Source of the DNA: a virus
IMG/VR virus record: IMGVR_UViG_3300025096_000008
Location: 1 to 64,000 of that record
Direction: 5' to 3' (one strand)
DNA: 64,000 nucleotides
Part shown: in pieces, positions 27,443-37,486 of the stretch
Position numbering within the stretch: the stretch's first letter is position 1
Layout: every line of letters starts with the position of its first letter
Notes under the pieces: model-generated
Seen by the model: only the letters and a program-made list of their open reading frames with translations
Databases searched by the model: none
What the model was told of the DNA's origin: nothing
Program-made: the position numbers and the translations under genes

Positions 27443-28798
27443 ATGGAATTAGACAACGATTCGACTTTTGGCTCTTTCGGAAAAGGATTCCAAGAATCCC
27501 TAGCAAAGATGATTCTAGATGATTCTCGCTTTTCGACACAGATTGGCGAAGTGCTTAACATAAATTTCTTTGAATTAAAGTATCTTCAAAATTTTGTAGA
27601 TAAAGTTTATCTGTATAAAGAGAAATACAAGAAGCACCCATCGAGAGACACGTTCGAGAGCATTCTCAAAAGCGAAACTTCCTCTGGGAACGAAGCCGTT
27701 AGAAAGCAGGTTCGGGATTTTTATGTCCGAATCGCCAGCGGAAACTTCTCTAATGTTGATGAAGAGTATGTCCAGGATAAATCCCTTGACTTCTGTCGGA
27801 AGCAAAAGCTCCAAGAAGCTATGCTCAAAAGTGTGAAGCTCATGCAAAAGTCTTCCTTCGACGAAGTTAGCAAGATCATCAATGATGCTCTCAAGCTAGG
27901 TGTCGATAACGATACTGGGTATGATTTCATAAAAGATTTTGAGGCAAGGTACGAACTCAGATCCAGGCATCCAATTGCAACTGGCTGGGGAGAACTAGAT
28001 AGAATCACTGGCGGAGGTATGGGAAAGGGAGAACTCGGAGTCGTTATAGCTCCCACTGGTGTAGGTAAAAGCATGGTGCTAGCTCACTTGGGCGCCATGG
28101 CACTGAAGAACGGAGTAAATGTTGTCCACTATACACTAGAGCTTCAGGACATGACAATTGGGAATAGATATGATAGTTGCCTGACTGGAATCCCCATCAA
28201 CGAACTTCGTCACAGTAAAGAAGATGTATTCGAGGAGATCAAGGAACTGCCAGGAAAGCTTTTGATCAAAGAATACCCAACGAAGTCGGCTACCACCCAG
28301 ACTCTCAGGACTCACCTGGAGAAGCTCCGAAACCGAGATTTCAAGCCTGGAATGATCGTTGTTGACTATGGCGACATTTTGAAGCCTATTTCACACTCGA
28401 AGGAGAAAAGGGAAGAGCTCGAAACTATTTATGAAGAGTTGAGGGCAATCGCTCATGAATTCGAGTGCCCCGTCTGGACAGCGTCTCAAACGAACAGGAG
28501 TGGGATAAATGCTGAAGTCATTACAATGGAATCTATTAGTGAAGCATTCTCGAAATGTTTCGTGGCTGATTTTATTTTCTCAGTATCAAGAACTGGTGCT
28601 GACAAGATGAACAATACGGGGAGGGTTTATATAGCCAAAAATAGGAATGGTATTGACGGTGTAGTGTTTCCAATTTTTATGGACCCAGGAAATGTCTCGA
28701 TAAAGGTATTTCCACAAGACGAGCACTCGGCAGAGGTTTTGTCGGGTCCACAGAAGGTATATAAGATGCTCAGGGATGAAACAAGAAAAGAAGATTAG
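27443..28798 (+). CDS. Replicative DNA helicase, DnaB/gp41 family
   Basis: APTGVGKS, YTLE, IVVDYGD, WTASQTNR and AKNRNG. Confidence 0.95.
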   Translation: MELDNDSTFGSFGKGFQESLAKMILDDSRFSTQIGEVLNINFFELKYLQNFVDKVYLYKEKYKKHPSRDTFESILKSETSSGNEAVRKQVRDFYVRIASGNFSNVDEEYVQDKSLDFCRKQKLQEAMLKSVKLMQKSSFDEVSKIINDALKLGVDNDTGYDFIKDFEARYELRSRHPIATGWGELDRITGGGMGKGELGVVIAPTGVGKSMVLAHLGAMALKNGVNVVHYTLELQDMTIGNRYDSCLTGIPINELRHSKEDVFEEIKELPGKLLIKEYPTKSATTQTLRTHLEKLRNRDFKPGMIVVDYGDILKPISHSKEKREELETIYEELRAIAHEFECPVWTASQTNRSGINAEVITMESISEAFSKCFVADFIFSVSRTGADKMNNTGRVYIAKNRNGIDGVVFPIFMDPGNVSIKVFPQDEHSAEVLSGPQKVYKMLRDETRKED

Positions 28799-28829
28799 TA
28801 AATAAAGACCAACAAATAGGAGAGAGAAA

Positions 28830-30686
28830 ATGGAATTAGCAAGTGAGATTTTGAGCAATATTACCGTTCACATGAAATATGCTCGGTACTTAGAGGATAA
28901 AAAGAGAAGGGAAACTTGGGATGAGCTAGTCACTAGGAACAAGCATATGCACCAGAAAAAGTATCCTCACCTCTATGATGATATAGAAGAAGCTTACAAG
29001 CTAGTTCACGACAAGAAGGTGTTGCCTTCTATGAGGTCGCTACAGTTCAGCGGCAAGCCTATTGAGATTTCGCCTAACCGAATCTATAACTGTGCTTATT
29101 TACCGGTAGATGATTGGCGAGCATTTGGGGAGATCTTGTTTCTCCTCCTCGGCGGAACGGGAGTAGGGTATAGTGTACAATCCCATCATGTAGAAGAGCT
29201 CCCAGAGATTAAAAAGCCAAATCCAGGCAAAATAAAGAGATACCTAGTTAGCGATAGCATTGAGGGCTGGGCTGACTCCGTGAAAGTTCTTATGAAGTCT
29301 TACTTTCGAGGAACTGCCACCTTAGATTTCGATTTCAGTGACATTCGCCCCAAAGGCTCCCAACTGATTACCAGTGGCGGCAAGGCACCTGGACCAGAGC
29401 CACTCAAAAACTGCTTGAGACACATCAAAAGTATCTTGAATGAAAAGTCTGACGGAGATCAGCTTCGACCGATTGAGGTTCACGATATCGTTTGCTATAT
29501 TGCTGATGCCGTATTGGCAGGCGGCATCCGTCGAGCAGCTTTGATATCCCTGTTCTCTGCAGATGATGACGAGATGATAGCTAGCAAATACGGCAACTGG
29601 TATGAGCTCAATCCACAACGAGGGAGAGCAAACAATAGTGCTGTTCTTTTACGACACAAGGTGGACGAAGAGTTCTTTTTCCAGTTGTGGGAGAAGATAA
29701 AGTTAAGCAACTCGGGCGAGCCGGGGATATACTTTTCTAACGATAAAGATTATGGCACCAACCCGTGCTGTGAAATTGCACTAAGACCGTTTCAGTTCTG
29801 TAACTTGTGTGAGGTTAATGCTTCAACGGTAGAGGGGCAGGAAGACTTGGAAGCTAGGATTCGTGCTGCTACCCTTATCGGCACCCTACAGGCAGGATAT
29901 ACTAACTTTCATTATTTAAGATCTGTATGGCAACGAACCACCGAGAGAGAGGCTCTTCTGGGCATTAGTCTGACCGGCATTGCTTCGAATAAGATACAAG
30001 ACTTGGATGTGAAGGCAGCAGCAAAAGCGGCACGACAAAAGAACAAAGAGGTGTCGTCATTGATTGGAATCAAGAGTGCCGCCAGGGTCACCACCATCAA
30101 GCCAGCGGGAACAACTTCGCTAGCACTTGGTTGTAGTTCTGGGATCCATGCTTGGCATAGCCAGCATTATATTCGCCGGATAAGAGTAGGAAAAAACGAG
30201 CCAATATATGGATATCTACTAAAGAACCATCCAGAGCTTGTTGAGGATGAGTATTTTCGACCTCACGACACAGCCGTCATCTCAGTCCCACAGAAGGCAC
30301 CAGAAGGAGCAACATTGAGGGACGAGAGTGCCCTAGATCTCCTCCAGAGGATCAAGTGGTTTTCCAAAAATTGGATAAAGCCGGGACACTCTAAAGGACA
30401 AAACACCCATAATATCTCTGCTACAATATCGATCAAAGATAACGAATGGGAAACCGTCGGTCGCTGGATGTGGGACAACCGAGGATGCTACAACGGGATT
30501 TCTTGCTTGCCGTATGATGGAGGTTCTTATGTTCAAGAGCCGTTCGAAGAATGTTCGGAGGAAACCTACGAGGAGATGATGAAGCATCTTAAGGATGTTG
30601 ATCTCACTCAGATCAGTGAAACGGAAGACAATACTGATCTCAAAGGTGAGCTAGCATGTGCCGGCGGAAGCTGTGAGATAAAATAA
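28830..30686 (+). CDS. nrdJ: Class II (B12-dependent) ribonucleotide reductase
   Basis: YNCA, GTGVG, TNPCCEI, FCNL, TTIKPAGT and C-terminal CAGGSCEI; no beta subunit in the window. Confidence 0.88.
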   Translation: MELASEILSNITVHMKYARYLEDKKRRETWDELVTRNKHMHQKKYPHLYDDIEEAYKLVHDKKVLPSMRSLQFSGKPIEISPNRIYNCAYLPVDDWRAFGEILFLLLGGTGVGYSVQSHHVEELPEIKKPNPGKIKRYLVSDSIEGWADSVKVLMKSYFRGTATLDFDFSDIRPKGSQLITSGGKAPGPEPLKNCLRHIKSILNEKSDGDQLRPIEVHDIVCYIADAVLAGGIRRAALISLFSADDDEMIASKYGNWYELNPQRGRANNSAVLLRHKVDEEFFFQLWEKIKLSNSGEPGIYFSNDKDYGTNPCCEIALRPFQFCNLCEVNASTVEGQEDLEARIRAATLIGTLQAGYTNFHYLRSVWQRTTEREALLGISLTGIASNKIQDLDVKAAAKAARQKNKEVSSLIGIKSAARVTTIKPAGTTSLALGCSSGIHAWHSQHYIRRIRVGKNEPIYGYLLKNHPELVEDEYFRPHDTAVISVPQKAPEGATLRDESALDLLQRIKWFSKNWIKPGHSKGQNTHNISATISIKDNEWETVGRWMWDNRGCYNGISCLPYDGGSYVQEPFEECSEETYEEMMKHLKDVDLTQISETEDNTDLKGELACAGGSCEIK

Positions 30687-30689
30687 AGC

Positions 30690-30718
30690 TTGACACGGCA
30701 AAAAGAGTATGCTATACT
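30690..30718 (+). promoter_or_regulatory. sigma70-type promoter
   Basis: TTGACA-17-TATACT with TG. Confidence 0.85.
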
Positions 30719-30744
30719 TAGACAATAAACAAAAAGGAGGCTAT

Positions 30745-31023
30745 ATGTCTAATGGTAATTTGAAGGTAGTTGATGGTGGAAATGACGTGGAGAAGGAGAA
30801 CAGAATTGTCGATTACATTAAATCACTTTCTGCCTTGGAAACCGAAATGGAGCCATATAAGGAACAGAAGCGAGATCTAAAACAAAACTATGTGGAGAAC
30901 GGATGGCTCTCCAAGGAAGAGATCTCTGCCGCTGTTAAAGCTTATCGACTGATGAAGTCGGAAGTTGATCTTGAGCAAATGAGAGATTTCTTTGAGCTCT
31001 ATTCTAAGACGAAGGTGTGCTGA
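30745..31023 (+). CDS. Small DNA-binding protein (GapR / T4 DsbA-like)
   Basis: YIKSLSALETEMEPYKEQKRDLKQNYVENG.LSKEEI..AVK helical pattern; strong SD. Confidence 0.5.
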   Translation: MSNGNLKVVDGGNDVEKENRIVDYIKSLSALETEMEPYKEQKRDLKQNYVENGWLSKEEISAAVKAYRLMKSEVDLEQMRDFFELYSKTKVC

Positions 31024-31298
31024 TGAAATATTCCCCCTTCAATAGGCATTTGATGCTAGAGGAGTGTGAAGTCAATGAGGAGACTCCTATTTCGAAGGTA
31101 CTGGTACCGGACGACTATAAAGCTGTTAAAGATTTTGGCACTTATAGGGTTGTGGGCAAGTCTATGGACAGCTCTCCAGTATTTGCCGTTAATTCTAGAG
31201 TTATTGTAGAAGAGTCTATGGTAAGGTCAGTAAGTTTAGGCGACAAAAAGATATTCATAATCCCAGAGAACTTTGTTGTTCTTTATGAAAATGAATGA
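31023..31298 (+). CDS. GroES-like co-chaperonin
   Basis: SPFNRHLML, a mobile-loop-like SKVLVP, YRVVG and IIPENFVV; right size. Confidence 0.65.
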   Translation: MKYSPFNRHLMLEECEVNEETPISKVLVPDDYKAVKDFGTYRVVGKSMDSSPVFAVNSRVIVEESMVRSVSLGDKKIFIIPENFVVLYENE

Positions 31299-32095
31299 AG
31301 AATAAAATATACCAATATGATAGAATAATAATTGGGGGATCCTTGGCATCGTTGTTATGTGGGTATTGTTATAATATTCCCGTAATCTATACGATGCCGA
31401 GGATACCTTTATTTTTTGAGACTGATGAGCGACTAGGCAGCAAGAGTCAGCTATGGAGAGAGTTGTCCGCAACCATGTCTCTGTCTGGCTTGCTCCCGAT
31501 GGAAAACAAGACTCAAAGCATCCGAATTGAGGACGGCACCCTCAAAGCCTTTACAGAAGATCCGGTATACGGTCATTTCGCCTTTGATGATATCATTGTC
31601 TTTGACGACACCGAGATTCATGGCTGGGATGGGAAGATTGAAAAAGAAAAGAAGCTTATGGTGCTTGACTGGATGAACGATAGAGGGAGCTCCCCTCACG
31701 ATATAGACTTCCTCGAAACTCCAGATGACTTTGTGAGAGATGTTCACTTTTATTTGTCTGATAGGATTTTCGGAAACCCACAGAAGAAGAAAGACATTCT
31801 TTCTATCTCGTGGCTAACAGAGCAGCAGATCAGGAGTGTGGAATACACCGACACTTATGCCAGGTTCAAGGTATTGGAAATGATGACGGATGCTGGAATC
31901 AAAGGAAGAAAGAACGGCATAGATAAGAAGACTGGCAGAGAAAAGAACCTCTCTATAAAGTTAGAGACAGCCAGCAGAGATGTCCTTCCTGTATTTAGAG
32001 AGCCATTCTCCGAGGAGCAGCTTTTGAGGCTATACGAGAAAGAACCCTCCCAGAACAAATATATCAGGACACTAAGAAAGTATCTGAATGGATGA
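31295..32095 (+). CDS. Hypothetical protein with Rossmann-like N-terminus
   Basis: YDRIIIGGSLASL, a degenerate GxGxxG. Confidence 0.5.
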   Translation: MKNKIYQYDRIIIGGSLASLLCGYCYNIPVIYTMPRIPLFFETDERLGSKSQLWRELSATMSLSGLLPMENKTQSIRIEDGTLKAFTEDPVYGHFAFDDIIVFDDTEIHGWDGKIEKEKKLMVLDWMNDRGSSPHDIDFLETPDDFVRDVHFYLSDRIFGNPQKKKDILSISWLTEQQIRSVEYTDTYARFKVLEMMTDAGIKGRKNGIDKKTGREKNLSIKLETASRDVLPVFREPFSEEQLLRLYEKEPSQNKYIRTLRKYLNG

Positions 32096-33032
32096 GATCA
32101 AGCCAATTGGCGACACAACATACTTTACCTTAGCGGGGATCATTCCCGTCGCTGGGGAGAAGCTGGATTTTGGCTTCCCGTGGCACGACTCCTTGATGCC
32201 CATTGGAAAGGATTATCTTGCTGTAGAACGAAGTGTCTATGAGTGTGCCATGGCTGGCTGTGAGAGTATCTGGATAGTGTGCCATCGAGAGATGCAGCCC
32301 CTAATAAGACATCGGATAGGAGATTGGATTGTTGATCCGGTTTGGACAGCAGCAAACAGAAGGAAGTTTTCATTCTTTGGCGGAGGCAAGCAGCACGAAA
32401 AGACGATACCCATCTTCTATGTCCCCATCCACCCAAAGGACAGAGACAAGCGAGACTGCTTGGCTTGGAGCGTCATCTACGGTTCGATGAGAGCATTCTC
32501 CGTATCTAAGATCATAAGTAAGTGGACTGTCCCAGACAAATACTATGTTTCTTTTCCGTATGGAGTTCACAGTGTCCGAAGCCTTAGAAAACATAGGAAG
32601 GCTATATCCGACCAGAAGAAGAAGTTTTACATCTCTCACAACGGCAAGACGGTCAAGGATGGAGAGTATCTGTCTTTCACATTTGATGTGGAGGACTGGA
32701 AGAATTTCCGGAGGATAATAAGAAGCGAAGGCACCGGCATCTATGAGCCAGGATCTTATTTTGATGATGAGGAGAAGACTCTCAAGGGAGACAAGCTTCC
32801 GCCAGAGGAACGATACAGTGCCCGCCACTTCCCGCTAGAGAAAGTATTTGGGCAGCTAGACACGACAGGTCACACCATTATGGAAACAGACAGGTATTTC
32901 AACATCGGGAGTTGGGAGAACTATTGTACATATATGGCTGACGAATATTCAAAATATGTAATAAAACCAAAAATGATACTTAAATATCACGAACACAATC
33001 CTTTCGGCGAGGATACAAAAGAAGAAGTTTAG
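32088..33032 (+). CDS. Sugar-phosphate nucleotidyltransferase-like protein
   Basis: LAGIIPVAG...SLMPIG...AGCESIWIV and a late FNIGSWENY (cf. DIGT). Confidence 0.65.
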   Translation: MDEIKPIGDTTYFTLAGIIPVAGEKLDFGFPWHDSLMPIGKDYLAVERSVYECAMAGCESIWIVCHREMQPLIRHRIGDWIVDPVWTAANRRKFSFFGGGKQHEKTIPIFYVPIHPKDRDKRDCLAWSVIYGSMRAFSVSKIISKWTVPDKYYVSFPYGVHSVRSLRKHRKAISDQKKKFYISHNGKTVKDGEYLSFTFDVEDWKNFRRIIRSEGTGIYEPGSYFDDEEKTLKGDKLPPEERYSARHFPLEKVFGQLDTTGHTIMETDRYFNIGSWENYCTYMADEYSKYVIKPKMILKYHEHNPFGEDTKEEV

Positions 33033-33061
33033 GACTACTTATTAGGACTAAGGGAGAGAAA

Positions 33062-33709
33062 ATGAAAAAGATTATCAATGAATGGCGACAATACTTGAAC
33101 GAGTCATCTCTGTCTCGTGTATACCAGCATATTGGAGAGCATGACACGGCTATACTCACGGGCTTCCGTGGAGATCCATCTGATACCTCCAGGTGTGTAG
33201 AAGGCTCAGCAGAGTATGAGGAAGAGGTAGAGGAAGTGAAGAAGGGTAGGGCGAAAAGCTCGAACATGCTTCGGAACCGAGATGTGAAGGCTTCCTTATT
33301 GGCTAGCGGCTACGGAGTTACCAAAGTGGACGGCTCTTACATCGAAGACTTTGATACACCCTCGGCAATGGAAGTGTCGGAAGATAGCTTTTTCGTAGTC
33401 AACCTCAAAGATGATCCTTCTTTCGCTTCCAGAGTTGAGGAGATTGGTAAGAAGTTCTGCCAAGACTCCGTGTTAGTAATACCAAAAGGCGGCAAGGGAG
33501 CATACTTGCTTGGCACTAACAACAGCGAATTCCCTGGGCTCGGACAACAAATATCCGTAGGGGATATAAAAATGGGCAAAGAGTCGGAATTTATGACCCG
33601 AGTCGGCAAACGTCCATTTACTTTCGCTGAAGGGCTGGAGACATATAGTGATCTCTCCAAGAACGAGCGAATGGCTGTAAAGAACATCGCCAAGAAAATT
33701 CTCTCGTAA
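33062..33709 (+). CDS. Putative internal head protein
   Basis: Begins MKKIINEWRQYLNE; TAILTGFR...EDSFFV...QDSVL; CTACTTAT upstream. Confidence 0.6.
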   Translation: MKKIINEWRQYLNESSLSRVYQHIGEHDTAILTGFRGDPSDTSRCVEGSAEYEEEVEEVKKGRAKSSNMLRNRDVKASLLASGYGVTKVDGSYIEDFDTPSAMEVSEDSFFVVNLKDDPSFASRVEEIGKKFCQDSVLVIPKGGKGAYLLGTNNSEFPGLGQQISVGDIKMGKESEFMTRVGKRPFTFAEGLETYSDLSKNERMAVKNIAKKILS

Positions 33710-33741
33710 AATCAACAACTTACAAATACTCAACAAATCTC

Positions 33742-33770
33742 TTGACAAGAGATTTGTGATATGATATACT
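33742..33770 (+). promoter_or_regulatory. sigma70-type promoter for dnaE, -35 inside a 25-bp palindrome
   Basis: TTGACA-17-TATACT with TG. Confidence 0.88.
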
Positions 33771-33804
33771 CCTATAACTAACCCATTCCCAGGAGCTTTT
33801 TGAT

Positions 33805-36800
33805 ATGGAAAGAAAAGAATCAACGATTCCGTTCGTAGGATTACATGCCCACAGTGTCGCCAGTGTGTTTGATGGTCTTGGATACCCGCAAGAACACATG
33901 GACTTTGCTTATGAGAACGGTATGGATGCCCTAGCTCTAACTGATCACGGCAATATGAACGGGCTGGCATATCAAGTGCTTCATGCTAAAAAGATGAAAG
34001 AACAAGGTAAAGACTTTAAGCCAATTTTTGGTGTTGAGGCATACTTTATTCCGTCCGTATCGGAATGGCGAGATGACTATGATCGAATCAAGAAAGAGCG
34101 AGCCGAGAGCAAAAAGCGGCAATCCAAGTTGAACGATGATGTATCCGGTGCGACTGTCGAAGATGAGGAAGAGACAAAGAAGGCTATCAAGAGCATCCTG
34201 AATAGGCGACGCCACTTGATTCTATTAGCCCAGAACCAAAAAGGGCTAAATAATATTTTTCAACTAATCAGCAAGAGCTACAAGGAAGAGAATTATTATC
34301 GCTTTCCTCGCCTAGATTTTGATATGCTACAGGAACACAACGAGGGGGTCATTGCTGCCTCCGCTTGCCTAGGTGGTGTATATGCCGGAGACTTCTGGGA
34401 GAACCGAGAGGAAGGCTCTGAGGCAGTCAGAGAGGCAATGAGAAAGACAACATCGAGGATGGTGGACATCTTCGGCGACAGATGGTATGCCGAGCTCCAA
34501 TGGAACAGAATTGATGAACAGCATCAGCTAAACAAACATATTATCGAGGTAGCAAAAGAGTTTGATGTGAGCCTAATTAGTACCGCTGATAGTCACTATC
34601 CAAGCCCCGATGTGTGGAAGCAGCGAGAGGTATACAAAAAGATCGGATGGCTAAAAAAAGGCGATGATGGCTCGGGAATCCCCGAGACAATCGACGAAAT
34701 GGATTACCAGCTTTATCCCAAGAATGGTGATGAAATGTGGGCATCTTACAAGGGGTACTCAAAGGATTGTGGATATGAATACAATGATAATCTGGTACGC
34801 GACTCTATTGCCGAGACATATAACATTGCCCATGAGAGAATATCTAGGTTTTTACCAGATAACCAGGTACGGCTTCCAAGTTTTGTGGTCCCCGAAGGTA
34901 AAACGCCAGCAGATACTCTCATTGAGTGTTCCACTGAGGGGCTCCGAGAAGCCGGTCTTGATAAGAAAGATGTTTATGTAAATCGCCTAAACGAAGAGCT
35001 TGAGGTAATCAACACTAACGAGTTCTCTCAATACTTTCTTACGATGAAAGCAATTGCAGATATCGCCTCATCCAAGCAGCTCGTAGGTCCAGCCCGTGGT
35101 AGTGCGGCAGGCTCTCTTGTCGCTTATGTTCTGGGTATAACCCAAGTGGATCCGATAAAGTATGATCTTCTGTTCGAGCGTTTTATGACGAGGAACCAGA
35201 AGGATGTAGGCTTTCCCGACATCGACTATGATGTTTCAGATCCTTTTGAACTGAAAGAGGCTCTGATAGAAGAGTGGGGCGACGATAAAGTTGTGCCCAT
35301 CTCAAACTGGAACACCCTTCAACTAAAATCTCTGATAAAAGACATCAGCAAGATGCAGGGCATTCCCTTCAAGGAAGTGAACTTAGTTACCAGTGTGATG
35401 ATGAGAGAGGCAACCCCTTTGGCTAAAAAGGCGAAGGGCATGACGGCAGGCATGTATATTCCAGGCTTCGAGGAAGTGAAAGAATACAGCCCTACATTAC
35501 AGGAGTTCTTTCGAAAGTATCCCGATGTAGAGACTAATGTTGATGTACTGTACGGTCAAGTGAGAAGCTGCTCTCGTCATGCTGGCGGAGTAGTTGTTGG
35601 AGACAATCTAGACCAGCATATGCCGATCATCAATAGTGGTGGTGTGAAACAGACTCCATGGAGCGAAGGGCAGAATGTCCGGCATCTAGAGCCCATGGGC
35701 TTCATTAAGTTTGATATCTTGGGACTAGCATCGCTTCGAATGATGGAGTCAGCAATCGTCCATGTTCTCAAGCGACACAAGGGTAATCCTGAACCCACTT
35801 TTGATGATGTGAAAGAATTCTACGACAAGAATCTTCACCCAACAGTTATCAACTTGGATGACCAGAATGTATACAAGAACATCTTCGGGAGAGGAAAATG
35901 GGCAGGCATCTTCCAGTTTACTGAAGACGGAGCCCAAAGGTTTTGTAAGCATGTCAAGCCAAACAACATCGTTGATCTCTCTGCTATCACGAGTATCTAT
36001 CGACCTGGACCTCTCTCCGCCAAAGTGGACAAGCATTACATCCAAGCAAAGAACAATCCTGATGAGATTGAATATGCTCACGAGATTGTCGAGGAAGTAA
36101 CCAAGGAGACTTACGGGTTTCTTATCTTCCAGGAGCAAATAGCATTGCTAGCCCATCGCCTTGGTCACGACATCAGTCTAGACGAAGGGAATATGCTTCG
36201 TAAGATTTTGACCAAGCGAGGCTCTGGGAAAGACAAACTCAAAGAGGATATCCACAATCGGTTCATCACGGGATGTTTAGAGAAAGACATGAGAGCAGAC
36301 AAGGCTCAAAGACTATGGGATACATTTGAGTTCTTCTCAGGGTATGGATTCAACAAGTCTCATGCCTTGAGCTACAGCATCCTATCGTTTCAGTGTGCTT
36401 GGCTGCTGAACTACTATCCTTCCGAGTGGATGGCAGCATTCCTAGACAAGGAGCCAGAAGCACGAAAAGAGAAGGCTATCAACATAGCACGAAGTATGGG
36501 ATTCGATATTGAGAAGCTCAATGTAAATACTAGCGGCTTCACTTGGGAAATCAACGAAGATGGCAACACACTAATCCAGCCGCTTTCGAGCATCAAGGGC
36601 TTGGGGAGTACAGCCATCAAAGAGATAATGACCCACCGACCATTCAATACGGTGGAGGATTTCCTCTTCAACGATAGGATGCTCTACTCAAAGGTAAACA
36701 AGAAGAGCATCGATGCACTTGCTCGTTCTCAGGCGATGAACGAACTTATTGACGATAGGTTTAGTGGGATGAGGCACTTCTGGATGGCGATAGCCAATGA

Positions 36801-37239
36801 TCGTCCGAGAAAAGAGAAGAATCTTGTAGAGAACATAGAGAAGTATGTTAGTGAAGGAGACTTCACCCCAGAGGAGAAGCTTGACTACCTTATCGACTTG
36901 ACTGGGTTATTCCCATTCGAGCTTGTTATGACCAAGGAAGTAGAGCGACGATTGGAAGAGGTTGCTGTCCCTCCCATCAGCGAGTATGATCCGGGGCTAG
37001 GAATTGTGTGGTTTATTCCCAGGAAAGTAGTGGAGAAAAAGACGAAGCACGGCAAGGATTGGTGGCTCATAGAAGCCATAGACAAGAACAGCACTGTGAC
37101 AGCAATAAAGTGCTGGGGAGTCAGGAAGGGCTCTGACAGTGTACAGCTAAACCGCCCCTACATGGCACGACTAGATCACGATCCGGTATGGGGATTTAGC
37201 ACAAGAAGCATCAGGCATTCTTTTAGAATGCTAGGGTAA
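33805..37239 (+). CDS. dnaE: DNA polymerase III alpha subunit (family C)
   Basis: PHP domain LHAHS...ALTDHG, RGSAAGSLVAY, FPDIDYD, HAGGVV, KFDILGL and YGFNKSH. Confidence 0.97.
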   Translation: MERKESTIPFVGLHAHSVASVFDGLGYPQEHMDFAYENGMDALALTDHGNMNGLAYQVLHAKKMKEQGKDFKPIFGVEAYFIPSVSEWRDDYDRIKKERAESKKRQSKLNDDVSGATVEDEEETKKAIKSILNRRRHLILLAQNQKGLNNIFQLISKSYKEENYYRFPRLDFDMLQEHNEGVIAASACLGGVYAGDFWENREEGSEAVREAMRKTTSRMVDIFGDRWYAELQWNRIDEQHQLNKHIIEVAKEFDVSLISTADSHYPSPDVWKQREVYKKIGWLKKGDDGSGIPETIDEMDYQLYPKNGDEMWASYKGYSKDCGYEYNDNLVRDSIAETYNIAHERISRFLPDNQVRLPSFVVPEGKTPADTLIECSTEGLREAGLDKKDVYVNRLNEELEVINTNEFSQYFLTMKAIADIASSKQLVGPARGSAAGSLVAYVLGITQVDPIKYDLLFERFMTRNQKDVGFPDIDYDVSDPFELKEALIEEWGDDKVVPISNWNTLQLKSLIKDISKMQGIPFKEVNLVTSVMMREATPLAKKAKGMTAGMYIPGFEEVKEYSPTLQEFFRKYPDVETNVDVLYGQVRSCSRHAGGVVVGDNLDQHMPIINSGGVKQTPWSEGQNVRHLEPMGFIKFDILGLASLRMMESAIVHVLKRHKGNPEPTFDDVKEFYDKNLHPTVINLDDQNVYKNIFGRGKWAGIFQFTEDGAQRFCKHVKPNNIVDLSAITSIYRPGPLSAKVDKHYIQAKNNPDEIEYAHEIVEEVTKETYGFLIFQEQIALLAHRLGHDISLDEGNMLRKILTKRGSGKDKLKEDIHNRFITGCLEKDMRADKAQRLWDTFEFFSGYGFNKSHALSYSILSFQCAWLLNYYPSEWMAAFLDKEPEARKEKAINIARSMGFDIEKLNVNTSGFTWEINEDGNTLIQPLSSIKGLGSTAIKEIMTHRPFNTVEDFLFNDRMLYSKVNKKSIDALARSQAMNELIDDRFSGMRHFWMAIANDRPRKEKNLVENIEKYVSEGDFTPEEKLDYLIDLTGLFPFELVMTKEVERRLEEVAVPPISEYDPGLGIVWFIPRKVVEKKTKHGKDWWLIEAIDKNSTVTAIKCWGVRKGSDSVQLNRPYMARLDHDPVWGFSTRSIRHSFRMLG

Positions 37240-37299
37240 AAAAACATTAATATTGTTTCTCTCCCGTATTTTATACTTGAGAGATAAAAGGAGTAAATT

Positions 37300-37476
37300 A
37301 TGAAAAAAATTATAGTAGCAGGCATTTTGTCCTTGACAGGATGTATCGAAGATGATAGAGTAAGATGTACCGACTTGGACGGTGGATTGCCCGATGCTGG
37401 AGCCGCCAGCGACGCTGGTTGTGTAGATGAAGAAATCATCGCATTTCCAGATATGGTAGTCCACATGGAGCGATAG
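37300..37476 (+). CDS. Small lipoprotein (58 aa, not in ORF track)
   Basis: MKKIIVAGILSLTG-C lipobox; DGGLPDAGAASDAGC; SD aaggag. Confidence 0.7.
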   Translation: MKKIIVAGILSLTGCIEDDRVRCTDLDGGLPDAGAASDAGCVDEEIIAFPDMVVHMER

Positions 37477-37486
37477 GAGAAAGAAA

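Noticed and set aside
33841-35280. Apparent depletion of RCGY tetramers (restriction avoidance)
   Set aside because: A hand count gave about 4 of 63 CpG against about 7 expected from flanking-base frequencies. That is not convincing without a whole-window Markov test.
24499-37239. Inteins or introns in recA, helicase, nrdJ and dnaE
   Set aside because: Lengths are ordinary, and no C...HN splice or LAGLIDADG motifs are visible.
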